Source: an uncultured Alphaproteobacteria bacterium (GTDB lineage: Bacteria; Pseudomonadota; Alphaproteobacteria; JAPYRI01). From it: 42,873 nt of DNA. Below the pieces are notes generated by a model that made no database searches, was not told where the DNA came from, and was given only the letters and a program-made list of their open reading frames with translations. The stretch is taken from contig CAYOOG010000002.1 in the NCBI GenBank assembly GCA_964405515.1, forward strand, positions 1-42,873, given 5' to 3'. Positions 1 through 9,882 of the stretch are shown piece by piece (position 1 is the first letter of the stretch; every line of letters begins with the position of its first letter). Made by a program: the position numbers and the translations under genes.

Positions 1-1579
1 GGATGCCGTAGTCGCCTTCCTTGTAGTAGCCGGGCTCGTTGGAGACCACCATGCCCGGCTTTAACGCCACGCCCGCCCCGCGCACCGATACGCTTTGCGG
101 TCCTTCGTGGACGCGCAAGTAAATGCCAACGCCGTGGCCGACGCCATGGTCGAAGTTGACGCCCGCCTGCCAAAGCGCCGTGCGGGCCAGTGTATCCAAT
201 TGTGCGCCCGTGGTGCCCTTGGGGAAGCGTGCCGTGGAGATGGCGATATGCCCCTTCAATACACGGGTAAAGCGGTCACGGTGCTCGGCGCTGGGCTTGC
301 CGATGGCCACGGTACGGGTCACGTCGGTGGTGCCGTCGAAATACTGGCCACCGGAATCGACCAGGTACAGCCCACCAGGCGCCAAGGGCCGGTTGGCGCT
401 GCCGTTGTAGTGGGGTAGGGCGGCGTTGGGGCCGCTCGCGCTGATGGTCGGAAAACTGAGATCGCGGAGCTCCGGGTTGGCACTCCGGAATTCTTTCAGC
501 TTGGCGGCGGCGGTGACCTCGTCCACCGAACCATCCTGAGCCGAGGCGGCAAGCCAGCCCAGGAATTGAGTCAGAGCTCCACCATCGCGCACGTGGGCCG
601 CGCGAATGGATGCCAGTTCAACGTCGTTCTTGCAGGCCTTGGGCAACAGGCAGGGGTCGTCACCCTCTGTGATATTGGCGCCGCTTTCGCCCAGGCGGTC
701 AAAGACCCAGGATATTGTGGTCTTGGGGTCGGCGCGGACGGTCTTGCCGTCTCGGCCCAAGTCGGCCAGGGCGTCTCCGAAATCCTCCATCTCGTAAAGC
801 CCGACTTCGTTGCCAAGGTGCGGCAGAATTTCCTTGCCTACCTTGCGGCGGTCAATAAACAGGTCCACCGTGGCGTCGGCCTTCAGAAGCGCGAAGGAGA
901 GACTTACCGGTGTGCAGGGCAGGTCGTCGCCGCGCACATTCAATAGCCAGGCAATGGAATCCGGCGCCGTAATGACGGCGGCGTCGATTCCCTCTTTTTT
1001 AAGTTCCGCGGCCAGTTCTTCCCGCTTGTCGGCGGCGCTTTGGCCGCAATAGGCCATATCGTGGATGATCATCGGGGTCAGCGGCGGCGGCGGTATGTCC
1101 GTCCGCACGGCGTCGACCGGATTGTCCTCAACCGCCACCAATTCGGCGCCCGCTTTTTTCATGGCCTTGCGGAATTCCTTGAGGGCACCGGGTGTATGCA
1201 GCCAGGAATCGTAGCCAATGCGGTTGCCAGCGCCCACGTTGGTGCCCAGCCATTTCGCCACCGTGGTCTTGGGAACGTTCTGATGATCGTAATGCTCCGG
1301 GCTCACCTGCTCGCGGGCTTGTACCGTATAACGGCTGTCGATAAATAATGCCGCCTTGTCCGCCATAACCACGGCGCTACCGGCGGACCCGGTAAATCCA
1401 GTAAGCCATCTCAGACGCTGCCGGTGGGGCGGAATGTATTCGCCCTGGAATTCGTCGAACAGTGGCACGATGAATCCGGCGAGCTCGCGCCGGGCCAGCT
1501 CCGCACGCAAGGCTGCAAGGCGCGCTACCAGACTGTCCAGGTCCGTCTCCCCGGTTGATGTATTCGGATCAAAGGTCAT
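1..1579 (-). CDS. Xaa-Pro aminopeptidase (aminopeptidase P, M24B); 3' end runs off the window
   Basis: Not in the ORF track because it is open-ended. Manual translation from ATG 1579 gives MTFDPN...DEFQGEY...RLRWLTGFTGSAG...DSGGQYFDGTTDVTRT...HGVGHGVG...VHEGPQ...SNEPGYYKEGDYGI, which are M24B metal-site motifs. Confidence 0.93.
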   Translation of the reverse strand, partial: MTFDPNTSTGETDLDSLVARLAALRAELARRELAGFIVPLFDEFQGEYIPPHRQRLRWLTGFTGSAGSAVVMADKAALFIDSRYTVQAREQVSPEHYDHQNVPKTTVAKWLGTNVGAGNRIGYDSWLHTPGALKEFRKAMKKAGAELVAVEDNPVDAVRTDIPPPPLTPMIIHDMAYCGQSAADKREELAAELKKEGIDAAVITAPDSIAWLLNVRGDDLPCTPVSLSFALLKADATVDLFIDRRKVGKEILPHLGNEVGLYEMEDFGDALADLGRDGKTVRADPKTTISWVFDRLGESGANITEGDDPCLLPKACKNDVELASIRAAHVRDGGALTQFLGWLAASAQDGSVDEVTAAAKLKEFRSANPELRDLSFPTISASGPNAALPHYNGSANRPLAPGGLYLVDSGGQYFDGTTDVTRTVAIGKPSAEHRDRFTRVLKGHIAISTARFPKGTTGAQLDTLARTALWQAGVNFDHGVGHGVGIYLRVHEGPQSVSVRGAGVALKPGMVVSNEPGYYKEGDYGI

Positions 1580-1602
1580 GGCACATTCTAGCGCCCGAGC
1601 AG

Positions 1603-2511
1603 CTATCGTCCAAGCAACAGCGTGAGCCAGCCGTTCAAAACCCAGCGTTGCCGAATCACCAGCCCACGGGACCGGTAGGCGGCGCGGACCTGGGATTCTT
1701 GGGTGGCCAGCAATCCCGCCAAAACCACCAGGCCACGGGCGTCCAGGTGCCTCGAAACGGCTTCGGACAGTTCGGTCAGGGGATTTGCCAGAATGTTGGC
1801 GGTAATCAGGTCGTAGGGTGCCTGCCGGCGGATCTTTGGGTGCCGGAATCCCTCCGCCGTGACGGCTTGGACAAGGGAGCCCACGCCGTTCAACCTGGCA
1901 TTCATTCGGCATACCTCGACGGCGGCGGGGTCGTTATCGCCGGCCATGACCGGCACGCGCCAGGTCTTGGCCGTGGCAACCGCCAGAATGCCGGCGCCGC
2001 AACCCAAATCGAAGGGGCGCCGTATTTGCCGCCGTCTCGCCAGGGCGTCGAGGGCGAGCAGGCAGCCCCGGGTGGATTCATGATGTCCGGTGCCAAAGGC
2101 CCGCCCGCCGTTAAAGCGCAATGCAATACCCCCTGGCGCGGCCTCGGGCATGTGTTCGTCGTCGTGGATGTAGTAGCGCCCGGCCCGGATCGGCTCGAGC
2201 GGCGCCCCGCCGTCGCCGATCCAGTCGCGGAGGGGCAGGGGGCCGGTGTTCAGCGCCGGCTCGGCGCAACCTTCCCGGCTGGCGAGTCGGGCAAGAACGT
2301 CTTTGAGTAGCGCGATGTTGGGGGGCTGGTCGAACAGGGCTTCCACGCGCCATGCTTCCGCCGGGCCCGCAGTGGCCTGCACCTCGAAGGCGGACACGGA
2401 CAGCGCCTCTTCGCCGATGTTTTCGTCAAGGGCCTCCTCAAAGGCCTGCACCAGTGCTCTGGGAAGCACCGTCTCGGCCCGCCAGAGCTGGCCTTTTGCA
2501 TGATCCGTCAT
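1603..2511 (-). CDS. prmA: Ribosomal protein L11 methyltransferase
   Basis: AFGTGHHEST, DLGCGAG (SAM binding), DNDP and ANILA motifs; 4-nt overlap with the uvrD stop. Confidence 0.9.
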   Translation of the reverse strand: MTDHAKGQLWRAETVLPRALVQAFEEALDENIGEEALSVSAFEVQATAGPAEAWRVEALFDQPPNIALLKDVLARLASREGCAEPALNTGPLPLRDWIGDGGAPLEPIRAGRYYIHDDEHMPEAAPGGIALRFNGGRAFGTGHHESTRGCLLALDALARRRQIRRPFDLGCGAGILAVATAKTWRVPVMAGDNDPAAVEVCRMNARLNGVGSLVQAVTAEGFRHPKIRRQAPYDLITANILANPLTELSEAVSRHLDARGLVVLAGLLATQESQVRAAYRSRGLVIRQRWVLNGWLTLLLGR

Positions 2512-4742
2512 GCCGGGCGCACGAATGACGCGATAACCTTCTTGCGGCCGGTCTCGCGAAAGTCGACGGTCAGCTTGCTACCGTCCACTTCAACCACTTT
2601 TCCGTTGCCGAATTTCTTGTGGTGAACCCTATCACCCGGGCCGTAACCGACCTCGGCCGCTTCACCAAAGTCATAATCGGCCGCATCGAACCCCGCCGAA
2701 AACGTTTCGCCCTCGTGCAATCCCGCTCCCTTAATCTGGCGTGGCTGTTCGTAGACGCCGGGCTCCGAAATGCGCTCCACATGCTCGTCGGGCAACTCGT
2801 CAATGAATCGCGAGGGCAGGGTAGAGCGCCACTGGCCAAACATATGGCGGTTGGCGGCGAAACTGACCCGGGCCCTCTCCTGCGCCCGCGTCAGGCCGAC
2901 GTAGGCAAGCCGGCGTTCTTCCTCCAGTGATTCGTTGCCGCCTTCGTCGAGGGCGCGTTGGTGCGGAAATAACTCCTCTTCCCAGCCGGGCAGATAAACG
3001 GTGCGGAATTCCAGCCCCTTGGCGCTGTGCAGGGTCATCAGATTGACCTTGTCGGCGTCGGGCTCGCTATCGATGTCCATGACCAGGCTGACGTGGTCGA
3101 GGAATTCCTCAAGAGTGGAAAACTCCGCCATGGCGTGAACCAATTCGCTCAGGTTTTCCAGCCGTCCGGGTGCGTCCGCCGACTTGTCGTTCTGCCACAT
3201 CTCGGTGTAGCCGGATTCCTCGAGAATGACCTCGGCCAGTTCCGGGTGGGGGAGTGATTGCGACAGCTCCCGCCAGCGGCGGAAGTTCTCTAAAAGAGCG
3301 GCGAGCGCCTTGCGCGCCTGGGGCCGGATATCGTCGGTCTCCAACAGCGCGGCGGCGGCGCGGGTCAGTGCCATGCCGCCGCTTCGCGCCACGTGCTGCA
3401 ACGCCTTAACGGTGGTGTCGCCGAGGCCGCGTTTGGGCTTATTGACAATGCGCTCGAAGGCAAGATCATCGTCGGCGCGGGCGGCAACCCTTAGGTAAGC
3501 CACGGCGTCCCGTATTTCGAGGCGCGCGTAAAAGCGCACTCCACCGACCAGCCGGTAGGGGATTCCCAGGAGGTTGAAGCGCTCCTCGAACTCGCGGGTC
3601 TGATGAGAGGCGCGGACCAGAATCGCGACCTCGGCGAGCTTGTGCTCGCTGCCGCGCAGCGCGTCAATCTCTTCGGCGATGGTTCGGGCCTCGGCTTCAC
3701 CGTCCCAAAGGCCCTGAACTCTGATCTTGTCGCCTTCAGATACATCGGTCCAGAGTTCCTTGCCCAGGCGGCCCTGGTTGCCGGCGATCAGGCCTGATGC
3801 GGCCCCGAGGATATGGGGTGTCGAGCGGTAGTTGCGCTCCAGGCGGATGACCTGGGCGCCGGGGAAGTCATCCTCGAAGCGCAGGATGTTGCCAACCTCG
3901 GCGCCACGCCAACCGTAAATGGACTGATCGTCGTCGCCGACGCAGCAGACATTCTTGCGCTTGGCGGCCAGCAGCCGAAGCCACAGGTATTGCGCCACGT
4001 TGCTGTCCTGGTACTCGTCGACCAGGATGTATTTGATACGCTCCTGGTACTGGGTCAGAAGATCGGGTTGGCCCTTGAAAATGTCGATCGTGTGTAACAG
4101 CAGATCACCGAAGTCGGCGGCGTTGAGGGCGCGTAGCCTTTCCTGATAGGTCTTGTAAAGCTCGCCGCCCTTGCCGTTGGCGTAAGCGAAGGCCTCGCCG
4201 CGCGGTACAGAGTCCGGGCCCAGCCCCTGGTTCTTCCAGCGGTCGATAAGCGCCGCCAGGCCGCGGGCCGGCCAGCGTTTTTCATCGACATCGGCGGCGG
4301 CGATGACCTGTTTCAACAGCCGAAGCTGGTCGTCCACGTCGAGAATGGCGAAATCAGACTTCAATCCGACAATTTCCGCGTGTCGCCGCAGCATGCGCGC
4401 GGCCACCGAATGAAAAGTGCCGAGCCAGGGCATGCCCTCGACCGCGCCGCCGATGAATCCGGCCACTCGCTCTTTCATTTCCCGCGCCGCCTTATTGGTA
4501 AAGGTGACGCATAGAATTTGACCGGGCCAGGCCCGTCCCGTGGTCAGAAGATGTGCGAGCCGTGTGGTGAGCACCCGGGTCTTGCCCGTGCCCGCCCCGG
4601 CCAGCACCAGTACCGGCCCGTCCAGTGCTTCAACGGCGGAACGCTGCTCCGGGTTGAGGCCCTCCAGATAGGCCGGTTCCGATGCTGCCGCGGGTGGCGG
4701 CGCGGGTTCATCCAGGGCTTCAAGATCGAACGCGTCGGTCAT
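2508..4742 (-). CDS. uvrD: ATP-dependent DNA helicase UvrD/PcrA
   Basis: LAGAGTGKT, TFTNKAA, VDEYQD, VGDDDQSIY, LERNYRS, TLHSAKGLEF and EEERRLAYVGLTRA motifs; C-terminal Tudor-like GDRVHHKKFG. Confidence 0.95.
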   Translation of the reverse strand: MTDAFDLEALDEPAPPPAAASEPAYLEGLNPEQRSAVEALDGPVLVLAGAGTGKTRVLTTRLAHLLTTGRAWPGQILCVTFTNKAAREMKERVAGFIGGAVEGMPWLGTFHSVAARMLRRHAEIVGLKSDFAILDVDDQLRLLKQVIAAADVDEKRWPARGLAALIDRWKNQGLGPDSVPRGEAFAYANGKGGELYKTYQERLRALNAADFGDLLLHTIDIFKGQPDLLTQYQERIKYILVDEYQDSNVAQYLWLRLLAAKRKNVCCVGDDDQSIYGWRGAEVGNILRFEDDFPGAQVIRLERNYRSTPHILGAASGLIAGNQGRLGKELWTDVSEGDKIRVQGLWDGEAEARTIAEEIDALRGSEHKLAEVAILVRASHQTREFEERFNLLGIPYRLVGGVRFYARLEIRDAVAYLRVAARADDDLAFERIVNKPKRGLGDTTVKALQHVARSGGMALTRAAAALLETDDIRPQARKALAALLENFRRWRELSQSLPHPELAEVILEESGYTEMWQNDKSADAPGRLENLSELVHAMAEFSTLEEFLDHVSLVMDIDSEPDADKVNLMTLHSAKGLEFRTVYLPGWEEELFPHQRALDEGGNESLEEERRLAYVGLTRAQERARVSFAANRHMFGQWRSTLPSRFIDELPDEHVERISEPGVYEQPRQIKGAGLHEGETFSAGFDAADYDFGEAAEVGYGPGDRVHHKKFGNGKVVEVDGSKLTVDFRETGRKKVIASFVRPA

Positions 4743-4810
4743 CGCTGATTTATAGCACGGGTGATCGCACTATGGGGTTGCCGGAGGCTTCAAGGCGAAC
4801 GGGAATCTAC

Positions 4811-6586
4811 CTAGTGCCCCCGTTCCTCCGCCCGGGCGGCGATCAGGACCTTGTTGTAGGCCAGCAGTACCTCTTTATGATTGACCACCCCCACGACCTT
4901 CATGGTCATTAGACCGTCGACCACGGGCACGTGATCCTCACCGCTGACGTCCATGATGGCCAGTGCCCGTTCCAGGGAATCGTTGGCCTCTAGGACCGGC
5001 GGGTTGGCGCGGGCGACATCCTTGGCAACAATCAGCGGGTCGAGGCCTGAGTCGAAGGCGACTTCCTTGTATTCGGCGAATCCAATTACACCTGCAAGGC
5101 GACCTTCTTCGTCGACCACCATCAATTCTCCCTGGCGTGAATCGTAGAGGCGCTCGCGGATATGATCGATCGTGTCGATCTCGCTGATAAGCTGGAATTC
5201 CCTGGACATCAGGTCGCCGACGGTGGTCTGCCGCATCATGTGTTCTACCTGCCCGCCCCGAAGATGCACGCCGCGCCGCTCCAACTGCATATGAAAGAAC
5301 GAGCGGCCGAGCATTTGATGCGTGGCGATGGAGGCCATGGCGACCGTCACCATGACGACGATGGCCAATTGATAGTCACCGGTCAGCTCAAAAACGATAA
5401 GCGTGGTTGATATGGGTGCGCCCAGAATTGAGGCCGTTACCGCGCCCATGCCCGCTATGGCGTAAAGGCCGCTGTTGGCCGCCAACTCGGGGAAGGCCAT
5501 GGCCGCAAAAATGCCGAAAGCTCCCCCGGTCATGGCGCCAAGATAAAGCGAGGGGCTGAAGAGGCCGGCACAATAACGCCCGCCGAAGCTGATGACTGCC
5601 GCTACCATCTTGGCGGCGATAAGGGCCAGAAGCAGGGTCAGGGGAAGTTCTGCTTTAAGCGCCGCGTCGGTAGCTTCATAGCCCACCGACAGGACCTGCG
5701 GGAAATACAGGGCAATCGCGCCGACACAAAATCCGGCAATCGGGGGCCGCAGCCATTCAATGACACCTACGCGCTCAAAGACACGTTCCACCTTGGGCAC
5801 GGAAGTCATGAATGTCGCCGCGACAAGAGCAGAGACTAGCCCCAAAATCATGAAGGCCGGAAGTTGAAAAAAAGAACCGATGGGATAGTCGGGGATTGTA
5901 AAAGCGGGAAAGTCGCCCAGGTGGATGCGGCTGATTATGGTGGCGATAACGCCTGAAATGACGATGGGCGCGAAGGCGGGCAGGGCATAATGGCCCAGCA
6001 CCACTTCAAGCGCGAAAAATACACCGGCCAGGGGAGCGTTGAAGGAGGCGGCGACCGCTGCCGCAACGCCGCAGCCCAATACGGTGCGCGACAGATTGGG
6101 CGTCAGGCCCAGCCAACCGGCCACGCCGCCGGCGAGCGCGCCGCCCAAATGCACGACCGGCCCCTCGCGGCCGGTGGACGAACCGGTGCCGAGAGCCGTG
6201 GCATTAGCCACCGCATTCAAGAGGCCGGTTTTGATTGACATTCGGCCGTCCTTGACGGCGGCGGCTTCGATTACGTCCGCCGGTCCGTGGGTGCGGGTTC
6301 CGGGCATGCCAGCACGGACGAGGGCGCCGACGATCAACCCACCCAAGGTTGGTGCCAGCAACAAATGCCACCAGGGTAGTTCGGCGGCGGTGGCAATGAC
6401 ATTGTTGCTGAATGACTGGAACGCGGCAAACTGGGCGATCTCGATAAGTATTCGAAATCCAATGGCGGCGTAGGCCACGACCATGCCGATCACGACGGCA
6501 AGCAGGGCCAGCAGCACATGGTCGTTGCGGTAAACTTGCCGCCAACGATCCGAGAGCCAGCCAAGATGCGGCCTGCGGATAATCAT
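4811..6586 (-). CDS. ClC chloride channel/antiporter family protein with C-terminal CBS pair
   Basis: GREGPVVH, FNAPLAG, GLFSPSL and GAPIST motifs; many TM helices; CBS-like tail. Confidence 0.9.
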   Translation of the reverse strand: MIIRRPHLGWLSDRWRQVYRNDHVLLALLAVVIGMVVAYAAIGFRILIEIAQFAAFQSFSNNVIATAAELPWWHLLLAPTLGGLIVGALVRAGMPGTRTHGPADVIEAAAVKDGRMSIKTGLLNAVANATALGTGSSTGREGPVVHLGGALAGGVAGWLGLTPNLSRTVLGCGVAAAVAASFNAPLAGVFFALEVVLGHYALPAFAPIVISGVIATIISRIHLGDFPAFTIPDYPIGSFFQLPAFMILGLVSALVAATFMTSVPKVERVFERVGVIEWLRPPIAGFCVGAIALYFPQVLSVGYEATDAALKAELPLTLLLALIAAKMVAAVISFGGRYCAGLFSPSLYLGAMTGGAFGIFAAMAFPELAANSGLYAIAGMGAVTASILGAPISTTLIVFELTGDYQLAIVVMVTVAMASIATHQMLGRSFFHMQLERRGVHLRGGQVEHMMRQTTVGDLMSREFQLISEIDTIDHIRERLYDSRQGELMVVDEEGRLAGVIGFAEYKEVAFDSGLDPLIVAKDVARANPPVLEANDSLERALAIMDVSGEDHVPVVDGLMTMKVVGVVNHKEVLLAYNKVLIAARAEERGH

Positions 6587-6619
6587 GTACTCAAGCTTCC
6601 ACGAGAATGTCGCCGGCGG

Positions 6620-7141
6620 CTATTTGCACTGGCCAATTGAATCTTCGGCGCAGATTGTCTTGCCGTCGGTCCAGAGAGCACCAGAAAGATCGGCCTTTAG
6701 CAGGTCGGCGCCGCCGAGGCGGGCGCCGGACAAATCCGCCTCTCGCAATATGGCGCGAAACAGTTTGGCCCGGCGCAGGTCCGTTTTGCGCAACGAGGCG
6801 CCCGTCAAGTCCGCCTTGGTGAGGTCTGCCTCGGTCAGGTAAGCCTCGTCGAAGATGGCGCCCTTCGCTACCGTGGTGACAAACTTTGCCCGGCGGCCAT
6901 CGGCGCCGGTGAAGTTAGCGCCCGACAGGTCGCCCCGCGTAAAACGCGCATCGCGCAACTTGGCACGGCGTAGGTCGGCCCCGGCAAGGTTACGCCCGTC
7001 CTGGTAACAGCGCTGCCAATCCACATCCGGCCCATGGGGGTCGGTGCAGTCGGCCAAAGCCGGCGCGGCCATGAAACCGAGTGCGAGGGCAACCCAGGTG
7101 GCGCCCAAAAGCCGGCTACTTGGTGAAATTACCATTTTCAC
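6620..7141 (-). CDS. Exported pentapeptide repeat protein
   Basis: Signal peptide ending ALA-D followed by A(D/N)LxG-type five-residue repeats; start is GTG 7141 or ATG 7135. Confidence 0.88.
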   Translation of the reverse strand: MKMVISPSSRLLGATWVALALGFMAAPALADCTDPHGPDVDWQRCYQDGRNLAGADLRRAKLRDARFTRGDLSGANFTGADGRRAKFVTTVAKGAIFDEAYLTEADLTKADLTGASLRKTDLRRAKLFRAILREADLSGARLGGADLLKADLSGALWTDGKTICAEDSIGQCK

Positions 7142-7154
7142 TTCTGCTGAAATC

Positions 7155-7661
7155 CTACTGTTTCCGCGTCATACCAATACCGTGTCCGGCCTGTTCCGGC
7201 AACTCAAGGTGGCTGTGTGAGTCATAAATCCGTTTCAATTTCTCGTGCTTATCGGCGGGGAGCGGGGCGCTTCGCCGCGTCTCCAGATCCACGTGCAGGG
7301 AAATTTCCTCGTAGGTGGCCAGAACGTCGCCCGTCTCGCCGTGGATCATCCGCATGAACATGCGCACTCGCTTTTGGTCCAGATCGAGCAATTGCACTAC
7401 GATATTCAATGGATCGTTCAGCACGGCTTCCTTCAAATAGGTATGGTGGGACTCGAGCGCAAAAAAGGATTGTCCGCTCGCGGCATATCCGGGGCCCACA
7501 CCAAGTTCTTCAAAATAGCCATCGAAGGCCTCGCAAAAAGCCAAGGTATAATAGGCTAAATTCATTGTGCCATTGTAGTCGATCCATTCCGGGGGTACGC
7601 GGCGTTGATGAATTAGGCTGCCGTTTTCGCCAACCAAGTCTTCCCCTTGGGTATCGTTCAT
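7155..7661 (-). CDS. Hotdog-fold acyl-CoA thioesterase (4HBT-like)
   Basis: PEWIDYNGxMN, FALESH and HVDLETRRSAP resemble the 4HBT_2 thioesterase family. Confidence 0.8.
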   Translation of the reverse strand: MNDTQGEDLVGENGSLIHQRRVPPEWIDYNGTMNLAYYTLAFCEAFDGYFEELGVGPGYAASGQSFFALESHHTYLKEAVLNDPLNIVVQLLDLDQKRVRMFMRMIHGETGDVLATYEEISLHVDLETRRSAPLPADKHEKLKRIYDSHSHLELPEQAGHGIGMTRKQ

Positions 7662-7739
7662 GGATAGTGCTCTTGCAGTTGAAGGCGGGCGTTGGAGCCC
7701 GTAATGTAATAATTTAGTGGTACAGTCGGATTCATCACA

Positions 7740-9125
7740 ATGAGCCTTGCTAAAGAAAAAATGGATACCGTAACCGCCGAGCTAGGAGACTTGCTTGGCG
7801 ACCGCTTGTCAACGTCGACCTCGGTGCGAAAGCATCACGGTGACGATATTTTTCACCAGACGGACAATATACCGGATGCCGTGGTATTTCCTCAGTCTAC
7901 CGAGGAAGTGTCGGAAATCGTCAAGATTTGCGCCCGTCACAAATGCCCGCTCATCCCCTATGGCACGGGAACCTCGTTGGAGGGCCATATTTCCGCGCCC
8001 CACGGCGGTGTCTCGGTCGATATGGGCGAGATGAACCAGATTCTGCGCGTCAGCGTCGAGGATCTGGACGTCACTGTCCAGCCGGGCGTGACCCGAAAAC
8101 AACTAAACGAGCACCTGCGCGATACGGGGCTGTTTTTCCCCATCGACCCCGGCGCCGATGCCTCTTTGGGCGGCATGACGGCGACGCGGGCCTCGGGCAC
8201 CAATGCCGTGCGCTACGGCACCATGCGCGAGAACGTGTTAAACGTAACTGCCGTAATGGCGGACGGGCGGGTGATCAAAACCGCCAACCGCGCGCGCAAG
8301 TCCTCCGCCGGCTATGATCTGACGCGGCTCTTTGTCGGATCAGAGGGCACGCTCGGCGTCATTTGTGATGTCACACTTCGGCTTTACGGCATACCCGAGG
8401 CTATTTCGGCGGCGGTGTGCCAGTTCGATGACATCAGGGGCGCCGTGGATACGGTAATATCAACAATCCAGATGGGCATACCCATCGCCCGCATCGAGTT
8501 CCTGAACGATATCCAGGTTGGGGCCATCAACGACTATTCAAAGCTGGATTACGCCCTGAAACCCACACTGTTCTTGGAGTTTCACGGTACCGAGGCCGGT
8601 GTCGCCGAGCAGGTGGAATTATTCCGGGCACTTTCCGACGAGAACGGCGGTGGTGACTTCCAGTGGGCGGTGAAGACCGAGGACCGCAATCGCCTGTGGA
8701 AGGCGCGCCACGATGCCGCCTATGCCTGCGCCCAGATGCGGCCGGGCGCCGGCATGTGGCCGACAGACGTTTGTGTGCCCATATCACGGCTCGCCGACTG
8801 TATTCTTGCGACCGAACAGGATTTACAGGCCGAAGGCCTCACCGTGCCCATGGTTGGTCACGTGGGCGACGGCAATTTCCATTTGGTCATGCATTATGAT
8901 CCGGACGATCAGGCGGAACTGGACCTCGTAAAGGCCGTGAACCAGCGCCTGGTAGATCGGGCGTTGGCCATGGGCGGCACCTGCACCGGCGAGCACGGCG
9001 TCGGTGTTGGCAAGATGGAATTCCTGATCGCCGAGCACGGCGAGGCCGTTAGCGTCATGCGTGCGGTGAAAAAGGCGCTCGACCCCGATAACATCATGAA
9101 TCCGGGAAAGATCATCCGCGTATAG
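7740..9125 (+). CDS. FAD-linked oxidase, D-lactate dehydrogenase (cytochrome)/GlcD family
   Basis: GTGTSLEGH, DPGADASLGG, GSEGTLG, GHVGDGNFH, TGEHGVG and MNPGK motifs. Confidence 0.9.
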   Translation: MSLAKEKMDTVTAELGDLLGDRLSTSTSVRKHHGDDIFHQTDNIPDAVVFPQSTEEVSEIVKICARHKCPLIPYGTGTSLEGHISAPHGGVSVDMGEMNQILRVSVEDLDVTVQPGVTRKQLNEHLRDTGLFFPIDPGADASLGGMTATRASGTNAVRYGTMRENVLNVTAVMADGRVIKTANRARKSSAGYDLTRLFVGSEGTLGVICDVTLRLYGIPEAISAAVCQFDDIRGAVDTVISTIQMGIPIARIEFLNDIQVGAINDYSKLDYALKPTLFLEFHGTEAGVAEQVELFRALSDENGGGDFQWAVKTEDRNRLWKARHDAAYACAQMRPGAGMWPTDVCVPISRLADCILATEQDLQAEGLTVPMVGHVGDGNFHLVMHYDPDDQAELDLVKAVNQRLVDRALAMGGTCTGEHGVGVGKMEFLIAEHGEAVSVMRAVKKALDPDNIMNPGKIIRV

Positions 9126-9195
9126 GGCAGATGCAGCCAACGCTTGAGAATTTGAAGGCGCGAATTCGCGAAATGGAAGCCGAGTTAAAGGCTAA

Positions 9196-9882
9196 TCAGT
9201 CTGCCAACAAATAAGTCAAATCCGGCGCCCTTCTCCAAGCCGTGCTATCGCCGCTGTCGAGGCGTGGTACTGCGGCAATTGGTGTGCCGGCGGCGAAATT
9301 TCCGATGCTAGCTGCGGTTTCCTTCAGATCGACCGGGCTGTCCGGTGATTCGCAGACGATGATTGCGGTCACGGCGATGCCCTTGGCGAACAAGGTATTG
9401 AGCGCCGTCAAGGCATGGCTTATGCCGCCCAAATAGCTGCCCACTACCAGCAAGGCAGGCGCGCCGAGCGCCGCCATCCAATCAAGCACGGTCGCGGAAT
9501 CGCTGAGGGGCGCCATGACGCCGCCGACCCCTTCGATCAGCAGCAGGTTGCCGTCCGACTTTGCTTGTGTCGTGCAAAAGTCTACGACTTCGGAAAGGAC
9601 AATGGACTTGCCTTCTTGCGCCGCTGCCATATGGGGTGACAAGGGTGCGCCAAAACGCCAGGGCGAGATTTCCACGATGGCTGCCTCGTCCACGGGCTCT
9701 CCCGTGGCGGTCAATAGAATACCGGCGTCGCTTGCCGCCGCGTCGTCCACTTCGTAGCCGCTCATGACCGGCTTTATGGCGCGCGCTTGTTTCCCCTGTT
9801 GGCGGAGTTGGTGCACCAGCGCTGCCGTCACGAATGTCTTGCCTATCTCCGTGCCCGCTGACGTCACGAACAGACTTTTCAT
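9196..9882 (-). CDS. bioD: Dethiobiotin synthase
   Basis: TSAGTEIGKT P-loop, KPVMSG, SPHMAA and IEGVGG motifs; bio gene context. Confidence 0.93.
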   Translation of the reverse strand: MKSLFVTSAGTEIGKTFVTAALVHQLRQQGKQARAIKPVMSGYEVDDAAASDAGILLTATGEPVDEAAIVEISPWRFGAPLSPHMAAAQEGKSIVLSEVVDFCTTQAKSDGNLLLIEGVGGVMAPLSDSATVLDWMAALGAPALLVVGSYLGGISHALTALNTLFAKGIAVTAIIVCESPDSPVDLKETAASIGNFAAGTPIAAVPRLDSGDSTAWRRAPDLTYLLAD

